A stretch of 64,000 nucleotides of DNA from positions 1 through 64,000 of the forward strand of contig NW_002060965.1 in assembly GCF_000150275.1 (NCBI RefSeq). The letters run 5' to 3'. The translations under genes were made by a program, and so were the position numbers. Within the stretch, counting starts at the first letter, position 1. Every line of letters begins with the position of its first letter. Shown here in pieces: positions 40,050 through 53,142 of this stretch. The notes beneath the pieces were generated by a model. The model was not told the DNA's origin. It did no database searches and was given only the letters and a program-made list of their open reading frames with translations. The stretch comes from Trichoplax adhaerens (taxonomy: Eukaryota > Animalia > Placozoa).

Positions 40050-40957
40050 ATTCAATCTCTTTTGAAAGCACTCTAGGCTGCAGTATTATACTGTCACAAA
40101 ACAGCTTTGCAACAAGATAACGCAATATACGATCAATAAGTCAATTCATTGAACCACGTATCAAGGAACGATATCTGCACTATCACGAACACTTTTGCTC
40201 TACTAGCAGACTACACAAAGACTTAAACGCCTCGTATTTTTCGTTAAACACTAAGTTGGAGAAATTCTTCTTTATTTCACGATATACTACATTTATATAC
40301 TATTCCTCAATAGTGCATGAGTCATAGTTAATACAATTAACATTGGAATCATTTACTGAATTAGATATTAATTATAGCTACTGCTCCCTTAATGCAGACA
40401 ACAGTATTTACAAACATAGACATGTAATGACTAATACAGAATAGCCAGATTACGATATGTCCTATCACGGAACATTTCCATGATAATTTACAGTCTACCA
40501 TAAGTAAATTACAATCACAATGATTCGAACTGTAAGCAAATGATTTGCATTCCCTATTATAACTATTAATTTCAGTATGTGTATAAGTGTCACTGTCATA
40601 AAAAGTCAGTGCTATATTAAAACACAGTATATCCAAATTATAAGTTAACTAAATAAGGATAGTCTAACAGAATTATCCTAACATAGATATTTCTACTGTA
40701 ATACAGTATTTAACACTGTAACATATGCTTACGTCGTTATTAAAGTGAATACTAAAATTAAAATGGCAAAAACCAATGCCTTTGTCTACCTTATTATTGA
40801 TATTTTATACAGGATGTTGAAGTCCAAAATGCAGTATTTTTATTTATTTACCGATGTGGTCGTTATATAGGCTGATGAAATCCATGGAAAGCTACGAAAT
40901 TTGAAGCTTATTTTTTTACAAGAATGATTAGTTATAGACTTGTTTTAACAAACACTA

Positions 40958-41375
40958 TTTTTATTGAGAAATTTCTTTACTATTGATGCCGCTTTTATGC
41001 AGAGAAATAAAAATTATACTAATGGTAATATTGGGCATTTGATTAGATACTAAGATGCAATAATTTCCATTTATCTTAAATTATGCGAAGATAAGCATTG
41101 GTAAATGATTATGGCTATCGGATTAGTTACGCATGTTAGTATTTTGGGAGATATTTCTATGTATATTTTTATTGAAATATTTCTTTACTATTGACGCTGC
41201 TTTTATGCAGAGAAATAAAAATTATGCTAACGATAATAATATTGGTCATTTAATTCGATACTAAGATGCAATAATTTGCATTTATCATAAATTATGCAAA
41301 GATACGCATTGGTAAATGGTTATACCTATCGGATTAGTTACGCGTATTTATATTTTTTGAGATGCTTCTATGTAT
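40958..41375. repeat. Two-copy tandem duplication (~210 bp unit)
   Basis: ttctttactattga..gcttttatgcagagaaataaaaattat..atcggattagttacgc occurs at ~40972 and ~41180. Confidence 0.85.
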
Positions 41376-41696
41376 ATATATCGCTGATAATACAAATTCA
41401 ATTAAAGTAATCGGATTTGGTCGAAAGTTATATTTATCTCATAATGATGTTGACGATATAGCCAATTCGAATGGTACCAGATTTGATAAGTTTATTTATC
41501 TTTTGGAGGAATGGCACTCTCAATTTGCCTCCACAAAGCAACGTTTGATATATTATTAGAAACTTTGTATTCTAGTACTGAAGTAGTAGTAGCTGAGAAG
41601 TTGAAGAAGAAATACCCTATATCAAGTAGAAGTGGAGCTAAGACACGATTTACGAGTACTGTATTGTATTTTAGGATAATTATCCACAATATCTAA
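41362..41696 (+). pseudogene. Dead duplicate terminal DD exon downstream of Roco 3
   Basis: YIADNTNSIKVIGFGRKLYLSHNDVDDIANSNGTRFDKFIYLLEEWHSQFAS / KATFDILLETL..VAEKLKK is split by a frameshift at ~41533. Homologous to 23810-24205 and 26221-26492. Confidence 0.75.
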
Positions 41697-42339
41697 GCCT
41701 AATATTTTCAATATGGAAGACGTATATAAGTATTACATGATACAACTACATCCTACCTCGCACTCGGTTTTTAGTCGCATTAATACCACACATACGAATC
41801 TGATATTTCAAATAATGATTGAATTTAGCTAAAACCGATTGTTACGCATTCTAGAAAACACGAAGTTAGGTAGCCAATGTACTACTGTAGATAGTTCGAC
41901 ATAGCATATAAGCTATACAAATAAATAAATCAACTAAGCTTATAGATTGTATTCTTTAACCACAGTAATTAATAAATGAACTATTTGATTGAGTAAATTT
42001 AGAAAATATACCGGTAACTAATTTTATAGATGAAGTATTTAGCATTACAGTTTTTACCAAACTAATCTGCTAATAATGCTACCTTTAGTGTAGTTAAACA
42101 CTTATTGCGACAATTATTATGAGTTATTGATACAATCAGTTAGGTGATGAAAGCAATAAATATCATTATTAGTATCAGGCAAGAAATTTCTTGGCTAATA
42201 TCGATTCTAAATTTAAGGTACTATCTGATCTAGGAATTTCCTTTTTGTCTCGGTGCATATAATAAATTTTCTAGTTAATAATTCGCTATACTGTAATCTG
42301 TATAATGTCATCTACAATCTTCGTAATACATAACTTGGC

Positions 42340-44180
42340 ATTATTCATATGAAACACGCTTCCTGTTAACAAGAGCAGATATTACCTATCAGCCACAAGC
42401 AATCATCGATCAACCAAAGAGAAAACACCGTAAGTTATTTATCGCTGTAAATGAAAGCCTAATCAACAAATCATTACAAAAACTTGTAATGTGACAATTT
42501 TATACTTGCAAACAGTAACAAATCTGTCCTACCAACTCTACTCACGATATTAAAATTAAACATTTCTTAACATCGAACTTAATTTTGGGTTTATACCATA
42601 ACTATGGACTGTCATTTGTGCATATACACTGTTCTATTTATTTGACTCACAGCATCTCTTAGGTATAAAACTTTATTGATAAAATCAATAAATGTAGTGG
42701 TATGATAAATATTGAATTGAATTAATTTATCAAGCTATGAATTTTTGTGATTAATTTATGTTTATTACATTGAAATATGGTTTTTGATATTGCCTGCTAT
42801 AATCATTTAAAACTTTACCGCTACTTAATCACTGCATCCTAAATTTGTAATCAATTTAATATCGCTATAAATCTATCTCTCTGATAAATATTCTCTTCGT
42901 AAGTAGCTACGTAGTAACTAAATTACCAGTGGTATGTGTTATTTAGGGCGAAAATTGAAAAACTCTGAAGATATTAAAAAAGACACAGGTAATTACAACT
43001 ATAGGCACATTTTAATGCTATTATGGTTTCATCACAATTTTAAGGATATTATTTATCCTTCTATGGTCGTTAAAATTTAATTATTATAAGGATTTGTCAA
43101 ACTTTACTTAAAGTTATGTTTATACAAGATATTTAGCTGTACAGATATTGTAACATGAGATAAAGACATTCCAACCGGTGATTGTCACTTATAGTGATTA
43201 GCTAATAAAGTCATAATGTACATAAAACTATCAAAAATTGAACTTCACTGCGTGGTGATGACTATTATTGTATTATTAATGTAGCTTTTCACTTAGTATA
43301 TAAGATCAAATCTTACCGATACGTGAATTTTAATATAAGTCAAACACAGTAACATTTCACCTACAAATAATCAAAGCTAAATTGGCGCCTTTTGACTAAG
43401 CATAATCGATTAATTAGTTGTTTTTAACAATTAGTGTTGCTTACAAATGTTTTCTAGACATTTATATTATTCTTCTAAAAGCAAGTCTCATAATAACATA
43501 TTAAGTTGCAAGGCATAAATTTAAATCTAAGAGCGTCACTGCGTTGCGACACAAGTATATGAGGAAAAGCAATCGAATAATTGCTCGGTTTCTTGGTAAT
43601 CTATATGCTATTTTTCATTTTTGCCTCCAGTAAGGCTCGATAATGAGTAATGTAAAGATCGTCTTGGATTCGCATTCCATACATGCAAATGTAATAAAAC
43701 CTGTTCTACTAGCTGTACTTAGACTGCAAAGAATAAAAAGAATTTTATAATATCAATAGTTGGTAATTTCAGATTATTACGTACAGTTTTCGTATTTTAT
43801 TAAGTACAGCTTTTTTCGAAACTTGAGGTCTATAGAGTACGATGCGCTTACTGAATAGAAATTGCTATCATTTATTTTTCAATTAATTTATAGGCAAAGA
43901 ATTTTCTTTGCTAATATCGATATTACATTGCACAACTACGACATTCATTTAAAACGTAATTTAGTTACATTACTTCGCAGTATATGATGAATTCGATATG
44001 AAGCCATTTCTTTGCTTCACCTTTTATTTGTAAGCAGCCATTAATAATCATTAATTTAACAATTGTGAATCTTATTCAAATCAAAAGGGGTTGATTTTGA
44101 AGACACTCGAAAAGACACAGGTACTTCTATTTAAAGAAACAATTTGATATTTTCCGGAATTCTTTGTAATTTTATAAACA
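42340..44180 (+). pseudogene. Degenerate partial copy of the CARD-CARD-DD adaptor gene
   Basis: 42548-42700 matches adaptor intron 46805-46965. 43304-43400 is a decayed CARD exon (gatcaaatcttaccgata..ttttga|ctaag, donor lost) matching 47736-47833. 43752-44180 is almost identical to 48266-48694, including the 33-nt micro-exon. Confidence 0.7.
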
Positions 44181-46278
44181 AATTTTATTTTGTAATTTTA
44201 TAGATTGTAAAATGTCATTCTTCGTAACGTGGCTTTATAATATTTTGTGCTGTATATTAAGATGTCTATGTTATATTTTGTGCTGCTTGTGAAATCTTGC
44301 GTTCAAATGGGAAACTTGGAGATGTTTATGGTATATGACAGTCTCGATAGTGTTATTTTACTATATAGTGCGATATATAGTCTATATTTTAGTTATTTTT
44401 TATATACTAATTATAACATTTTTTTTATATGTATATTACAAGATAAGGCATAATTAACAAAGCCATGGCTAGTAATATGGAATATGTATATCAAATGACT
44501 AAACTTGATAAATTTAACAGTTACACGAGTGCATAATGATCACAATTTATTACTTACAGTAGGAATCACTGAAGTTATAATATACTAGAATAAATTATAT
44601 ATTGCACTGTAGCTATGATCTAACAGATTGCATCGACATGCGACAAGTGGCTATAAAGCATCCGCAGCTAAAATTTTTGAATCTCTAAGATGCGCTTTAA
44701 ATGGTGTATATTATCTTACATTGACTACAGTATTTTAAAATCGGATTTGAGACCTTCAATAAAATACTTCTGGCATTTATTAATCATTCATGACCACCCC
44801 CGTGTAGATTGTTACATGAAATGTTCTTTTTAGCTTAAGCCCATTCGTGATTTGTCGTTCCTAACGAAACAAATTACTGCTTGTATTTCCATTCTTTAAT
44901 TGCTCTTTGTGATGTGCCTACTTAAAAAATTGATTTGAAGCCAGATGTTTGTGAAAGTAACAATATCGAATCGCCTTATAAGCAAGCCGTGTATCCTTTC
45001 CATAAATTGATGAAAAATTTTAAAAAATAAAGGTCCAGTGTAGCTTTAGCTATTTCCTGTTGATAGTTTCAAATAGAACTATAAAAATGCTTGTAAATGG
45101 ATGCAATTAAAAGGTAATAAATTGTGAGCAATTTAATCTAGCTCTTTCACCAAGAAGGCACTCGATGCAGTAAACTGCGGATATTGGCGATAAATAAATT
45201 CCGAAATTATTCAAATACATCAGAAAGCTGATCATAAAAGCTTAAAGATAAGCTTATAATTATATAATCAATGATCGTATTTTCACCCTTCCATATGATT
45301 GTTGCAATAACTATAGCGAGACTATTTCTGCTATTTAAATGTTCCTGCAAGCAATATTTTGCTGGTGATTTGAAAAGTATCGTAGCTCAAGCATTACTGG
45401 AAGGTGTTGGCCATTGCGTTGCTATGGAGCTACATATTTCCGTATCTCGTAGAGTCTACGCTACGATCACATGATTGAATTTATATCACCTAGGTTAGGG
45501 TTCTAATGATTTGAGATACTTGATGGAATAGTTTACCAATCGTAGGGTAGGACTACTTTAAGAGAACCTTTTCTTTAGTAGTCCTAGGTCTGGACAAGGA
45601 CTACTAAAAAGAAAGAGACGAGGCAGGAAACAACCACGTAGTAAAATAATGTGGAGGCTTATCATTATTTTCGTCATTATACTATACGCTACCGATGAAG
45701 CCGTATACCATAGTGTAGTAGTTTCAGCTAATTACAGTAGTAATTGAAGTAAGGTAGTATTAATAAGTAGAATAGTTTACTATACTATAATCTTGTGTCA
45801 CGTTATTAGAGATTTGTTAAATTTCAATAACTCAGATTTTTGAGTTCGACGATTGCGAACCTAAGGGGTTGCAAAACCCAAGCACTGCATATAGTGAACA
45901 AAACCAACTTAGCAGGCTAATAGCAGCTAATTTGCATACCAATCACTGGCAGTATAGTGTGCCGTTACAGACATGTGATACACTTAAAATAACTATTAAA
46001 ATAATGTCCCTTCTCTTTCTTCTAATAATCTTTAGTCTGGGCTAGGGTTCAACATTTGGCTCGATTCGTCTAATTCGACATTCAGTACTATTCGATCCGA
46101 TTCGAGAGTTTGCACACTGTCTAGGCTCCTAATATCGGTATCGAAACGGCCGAATTACAGGAAATCAGCGGCTGATTTGCTTAATTTGTATTTTAATCAA
46201 GATAGAAATTATCCTTGTTGTTGTCCGTTAACTGTCCTAAAATTTCAAGATAGTTGTAATCGATATTAAACTGCGATT

Positions 46279-49200
46279 ATGGATCAAGAGCAACGTCAAG
46301 CTATCCTCGATCATTGGCATACACTAGCCGAATCGATGCCCAGTAATGATATGACAAATAGTCTAATTACAGAAGGAATACTCTCGCCAAATGATTTACA
46401 GGAAATTAATGCCAAAGAAACTGAAAACAAGAAGAATACTACCATTTTGACTAAAATTTTAGCCTCAGTATCGCCTGATTGCTATGCCATCTTTATTGAT
46501 GCTTTGAGACAGATTCCCAATAAGAACAGCCGATTAGCAGACATGATTGAAAGCCGTTTTAAGAAACAAGCTTCCGCTGATTATAGAAGCGACGCTAGTA
46601 AATCGAAGAATTTATCAAGTGCTCATAAACGACAAACAGTAGATCAGTTAGGTAAGGAAATAAAGTAGTAACGGCAGTTTTTCTCATTGTAAAGCGATTA
46701 AATTACTCAATTAGTGTGTTAATATGAAAGTATAACTTATAAAAATTCGAGCCTAGTCTCATTGCAGGACTAGTTACTATAGATAAGTACATTAGAACCA
46801 GCGCTATTAAAATTGAACATTTCTTTACTTCGAACTTAATTTTGGGGTTATACCGTAACCATGGACTACCATTTGTGCATATGAACGCATATACACTGTT
46901 TTATTTGTTTGACTCACCGGCATCCATTAGATATAAAATTGATTGATTTCATCGATAAAGATAGTGGTAGTAGGCATTGTAACCTGTAACTGACGATTAT
47001 GAAACAACTGTAATATTTTAAATCAGTTTTAAGGAACAAATTTCGCTTTTCGCTGTATTTAAAATCATCAGCACTCTAAATCGGCCAATGAATCTCGTTG
47101 AACTTAAGATTCGTAATTCTGCTACGGTTTCAATAGAATTTGTTAATTACTCGTGTAAATGGCACCGTGCATGCAGTAAATATGACTGATCTCTCTAGCT
47201 ATCCCTAATATACTGTACGGATACATTAACATTGAGCTATAGATACTACCTATTTCCGCTAATTAGATTAAAACTCAGCTATAGCTTTATTAATTGACTT
47301 AGAAAAATAATGAAATCGAAGGCTACTATCAATATTAAAACTTTAAAACATGTACCAGAAGCACCAGTTTACATCAAATAGATTTTGCGCAATTTTTGTT
47401 AACCGTTACCTCTTAATAAGTATGAAAATTTCTAGCATTTGCGTGAGTAACAGGAAATTAATCATAAATGAATAAGATTATCCCAAATAATTACGGATCC
47501 CCGACTACCCACACCTATAGCATACAGCGCTTATCTTAAATACGATCGTTTGTAATTAAAATTAACGCAAAAGAGAAACAGGTAAAGCTTTTGTCAAATT
47601 TGTAACTTTTCTCGAACTCAAACACTTAATTAATATTTTAGATAAGCTACCGAAAAAATGCTCAAGATCAATGACTCAAGAGCATCGTAAAATGTTAATA
47701 GACAAACGTATATTACTTACTCAAAAATGTCAGGATCAAATCTTACCGATATATGAATATTTACTTGGAACGAATGTAATAACATCATACCATAAACAAA
47801 CAATCGAATCTAAATCGACGGCTTTTGAGTAAGGAATTTTTATACAGTACATGTTCAATAACTGTTAATCAATATTCTATTCTAATATACAATGTCAAGC
47901 TAAATTACTAGTTTGCTTATTTACTGCAAGAATGAATTTTGTAGTTAGAGAGCAGTTATCGTAATTGTTAAATTTTTTTTAACAGAAAAGTTTGCACTTT
48001 ATTGGATATTCTGCCTGAACGTGGCGATAGAGCCTTTGATGAGTTTTGCAAAGCTTTAACAAATTTTAAAATAACCGTAGAAAACTTCAATACTGGTAAG
48101 CATTAAAGTTTACGAATAGGCCTAACGATTAAAACTGAACGATATGATACATGATTATCCTATTTTCTGATAGAAATAACAATAAAGTGATCAGAGTAGA
48201 AAATAGTACGATAACTACGTAATGAATTTAGATTTTCAATTAATAGTTTCATTATACTCAACTAAATCAATAGTTGGTAATTTCAGATTATTACGTACAG
48301 TTTTCGTAATTTAGTAAGTACAGCTTTTTTCGAAACTTGAGCTCTATAGAGTACGATGCGCTTACTGAATAGAAATTGCTATCATTTATTTTTCAATTAA
48401 TTTATCAGGCAAACAATTATCTTTGCTAATATCGATATTACATTGCACAACTACGACATTCATTTAAAACGTAATTTAGTTACATTACTTCGCAGTATAT
48501 GATGAATTCGATATGAAGCCATTTCTTTGCTTCACCTTTTATTTGTAAGCAGCCATTAATAATCATTAATTTAACAATTGTGAATCTTATTCAAATCAAA
48601 AGGGGTTGATTTTGAAGACACTCGAAAAGACACAGGTACTTCTATTTAAAGAAACAATTTGATATTTTCCGGAATTCTTTGTAATTTTATAAACATAACA
48701 GTGCTTATTTTACGGTAAGCTCGATAATATTCAGCTATAATAGGGTCTCTTATAGTCAAAATAGAGGAACCAAATAGAAATATATAATATTCTAAATCTG
48801 TTTCTTTAGCAAGAGAATAGTCATTAAATTTATGAAAAGACCATGCCTTTCTAAATCACTTACGATTGAAAGATATTCACATCATTACTTCATCAAATTG
48901 AATTAGAAGTGAATAAAAAAATTTTTATCTATACTAATATATATACCTTACGAATTAGAAAGGGATAGATTGAAATTCAGTGCAAAGAATTACTGTTTGC
49001 TGATAGAATTTACTTATCTATTTTAGACAAGATTTCAATTGTAGAGTCTAAAAATTGAGCTAGTGAATTACATGCCTTGATTGTTATGACCACAATTACT
49101 TGTAATATAGTCGACATTGAATCAAAAAGTGAAAATTGATAGTATGAAGATGTTGTTTCTATAATGCTTTATCGTTATGAATTTTTGTTGATGATAGTGG

Positions 49201-49809
49201 TTGATTTTATGCAAATATAATAATGAAAGAATTATCATTTTTAGATATTACCCGGTACATAGTCAGCACTAGATCAGAAATGGCAAACCGACAGAAACAA
49301 GGTATTCAGTAATTATTCACAAAAGCAGAATATTATAGAAGTAAGAGAATGCTAGTTATTATACTTATGATGATATGAAGATTATAAAATTTGTTAAGTT
49401 TAGATGTTACTCAGCAAGGATCTGACAGTGGATTAATACATGCAAACCAGCAGGATGAAGATGGTATGTAGTAGCTACTAGTAAAGAATGTAATAAAGGA
49501 ATTTTGTAGATACTAGCCATTGACTTGGAACCTATGTGATGCAATTTACAATATCTAGATATTTCTCAATACTTTTTTGATGTGGCGGAACATCTGGAAG
49601 AGGACTGGATTAACTTAAAATTAAAATTAGATAATGCTGGAAAAATTGAAATCAAGAACATTCAAGACAAATATAAGAAAAATTATGATCAGGCCTATGA
49701 ATTTTTAGAGCAATGGTTAATAATTTATGGCGAAAATGCAACAAAAAAGCGATTAATCGGAGCATTGAAAGCCATACAAAGAAAAGATATAGCAGATAAA
49801 ATAAAATAA
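46279..49809 (+). CDS. Death-fold adaptor A: CARD - CARD - DD (~356 aa)
   Basis: Exons 46279-46651 (CARD: MDQEQRQAILDHWHTL..LITEGILS..YAIFIDAL), 47642-47828 + 47986-48095 (CARD: MTQEHRKML..LLDILPERGDRAFDEFCKAL), 48603-48635, 49245-49301, 49404-49463, 49559-49809 (DD: VAEHLEEDWINL..FLEQW..LIGALKAIQRKDIADKIK*). In frame with GT-AG junctions; no catalytic domain seen. Confidence 0.85.
48266..48694 (+). repeat. ~430 bp near-identical direct repeat of 43752-44180
   Basis: Base-by-base match with only a handful of differences. Confidence 0.9.
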
Positions 49810-52431
49810 GTTCTTGATTCGTTGTCCTTTACAATATTGAAACAGTCTCGCATAAAGTTTTTTACAGAATCTCACAGAAGCTCATTATATAATCTCTATC
49901 TATTTTATTTTGATATTATATATTTCATTGTACGTAGTACGCTTCAAGAGCTCTTACGGTATCTGAAACTATTCTCTTTATAAAGATGATAGTACTAGAT
50001 TGCACCTAAATATTGACTAATACAATCTCAATTATCGTTAATAACATGTAGAATTTCTACGTAAGAAAAGCAGTAATCGTTCTTCTTGGATAAAGAATAA
50101 CTTATCCGATATTGGTTAACTAGCTAGGATATTAGAGATATCAGTAGTTATGATCACCCTTAAACTTAGTAGATCACATTTGTTGCAGACGAAAGTATAT
50201 ATTGGTCAAGAGCTCCATGTACTTTGTAAACAAATCAATTTGAGATGAAATTGTGTATGATGAGCAGTATCGAAACATAGTTAAAGCTATTTTATTACGC
50301 GCATAGTCATTAAATCGTCAAATAAACTAAAAAATTTTCGAATACAGAATTAGGACAATTTACCGCATTATTTCTTGTATTAACATGCTGCATGAAGCAT
50401 TTTCTCTCAAAAAGAGTGCTTTGTGCAGAATTAATAATTTAAATTTCTTATATCGTTATATTAGAAACCAGATATATAATACTATTACATAATAGAATTT
50501 ATTTCCAATTATCTACTATAATTGCTAGTAATCAAGTTCACATAGTATGCTTTTTGAAGTAAGCATAGAATTAAAATCTTAGCTTATACCTAAGTAATGA
50601 ACTATAGTACTGAAAAATTTAGTTACTAACTTGTTCTTTTACTTCAGAATATAATTGTTAATAAATAAGGAGTCCACACATTTATCTGTAGAAGCAGTTA
50701 CTGTATCTATATCTCGTGGATCTCTCGTAGACCAACCAGAAAACAATCTTGCTAACGAAAACAACTGTTGAGAACTTCCCTGTAATTATCCGATCATTAT
50801 CTTCTACGAAATACTATTAAATATCAGCCTTTCTGTACTATAGCAACAAAGAATTTTATGGTCTTACAAATGAATACAAGAACAATATTATTTATGCTCA
50901 ATTTTCAATTATATCAAATTTTTACAAATTCGATCTAAATAAACAACTATAGAGGAAAAAATGTTATGAATTCCGAGAAAACTGATAATAGTAAAACAAA
51001 AAACAAATATCATCATTCAGTCATATAACAACAAGTTCATGATTCTTTATGTCTATTTAATCTTCTATGTATTTAATTAGTAACGATTAGCAATTTTAAT
51101 AAATGTAACTGTGGCTGATTAATTTGCTACATCTATTATCTACTTTCATGGATAGAACTCAAACTAGCAAAATCACCAATTAAAAAAATCCCTGTAGTTT
51201 AGCAAGAAGAAGAAAACTAAAAGCTAAATAACGTCCTACATAATAGCACTGAAAGTACTTTAGCTCATGCCAACACTTGCCTAATAATCTTCACTTTCCA
51301 CAGTAGATTCTAAATAATTAGTCATTTTAAAGTTTAATCTTCTGTTATACGGTATTCAAATCTAAATATCGGCATTGATAGAATGCAATTTTTTCAATTA
51401 CATTAGGAAGGATTACATCTTTCTTTAATTTAAGACCGGTTATGCTAACTCTAGAATATAGAATGTATTTTGAGAGAACTTCAAGCGCAAAAAATCCGGT
51501 CGCCATAAATATTTTACACACGCGAATATAAATTAAAATTTAAAATTGACTGTAATATCATACCCAAATTCTTACTAGATTTATGCAGTCTGTGTCTTAT
51601 AAATAAAAATATAATTTAAATGGAAAATAGTTCTAGAAAATAGACAGATTGCAGCTATCGTACCACATAAATTTTCTAAATGGCATAACAGTAGTTAATT
51701 GATAGAGCGAGTCACTTTAAATTTTCAAGATATACTTTATCTACAAAGGGCGATCATTACAGCGATTGTAGAAATTTTATCTTCCCATAGGTTCTATTGA
51801 ATATGTAACAATTTATCAATAGCTTGTTAAAATAAAGCCTTGCGCTTTTGAAAGCAAATAATCAAACATAGTACAATTAATTGATTTCGATTAATCTGAA
51901 ATATAAACATAGTCTAGGCAGATATCGTCCGTATGCAAATATATTTTATCGACAATCACATCAAATCGAAATAGTATCCGTAGAGAATGCGTCTATAATT
52001 ATACTTAAGCTATTCTACTTAGGTACTGAGGTTGATTTTATAACATGCAATACAAGTTGCTAATTACCTATCGATTGAACTGAGTTTACCGCCATAATTT
52101 ACATTTATTCAAGAAATTACTCATTTTTGGCATAGTGCATCATTAAGGTTGAGTGAGAAATTTCACCCAATGTCTTTACCAACGTATCATTTATCCGTTA
52201 GTATAATTTGAGACTTTTATACTATTATTGAGTAAACAATTTTATTTACACGATTCTCCAGCTAATGCCTGTGCTGAGTCCCGCGAATGGAGAGTATTAG
52301 CCTATAATTACATGAAATGGAAAATAAAATCCTAACATATCGACTTATCCTCGTCCATCGAATCCACGTATATCACATTGATAATATAATTAATGGTACA
52401 GTATAGTCCTTGACCTGTACAAGATGAGAAT

Positions 52432-52677
52432 TTACAGCTCCGTAAAAAACAAAGTAATCATCTTGCAATGATCTGGCAAATTACAGCACAATATTAAGTT
52501 GAAATATCACAAAAACGAATGGAGAATCTGCTTGACGAAGATCATTAATGATACGTTATAGTTTCATCATCTAGACAACATAGGAACTTACAGCTTTGTA
52601 AGAATTAAAGTAATCTTGAAACGATTCTACAAATTGCAGCACAACATTAAGTTGAAATACCACCGAAACGAATAGAG
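52432..52677. repeat. Diverged two-copy direct repeat (~90 bp, period ~156 bp)
   Basis: ttacagct..aaagtaatc..caaatt.cagcacaa.attaagttgaaata..aaacgaat occurs twice. Confidence 0.6.
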
Positions 52678-53142
52678 TAAAACATCTAGCATCACTTAGA
52701 TTATGATAATTGTACAAAATTTAAATACCGATCAACTGCGGTGTCCTGTCTTTACTATATCAAACACGTTCACAGGGAAGGCTAACATATACGAAAAACA
52801 TGACAATTAAAGTCATCTGAAATATTTGTGATTACCAATGTTTTCTAAAATTGAAACGTTATACCGATGGAATGTACTTTCATCATCAATTCCATGGCCA
52901 ATCGTACTAATGATTGATCAGCAAAGATATTTATGAAAGACTTTTAAGCTACACCACTTGAGCCTTCAATATATCGCTATTAATATAATCGTTCGAAATG
53001 GGCTATCCTAATTCTTCTTGGAAGAGAGGTAATTGTGGTACTGACTTTACAAAATGGATATACAGTACAGTAAGCATATCGCTCCATCTCATTGACTGGA
53101 ATAGAGTAGTGTCATGGTTGAAGTTGTTGCTATTGCTAATAA

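Noticed and set aside
47521-47581. Extra micro-exon in adaptor A ending acag|gtaaag
   Set aside because: In-frame stop in the required phase; left out of the model.
50700-50795. Exon-like open stretch on the minus strand
   Set aside because: No recognisable homology or partner exons.
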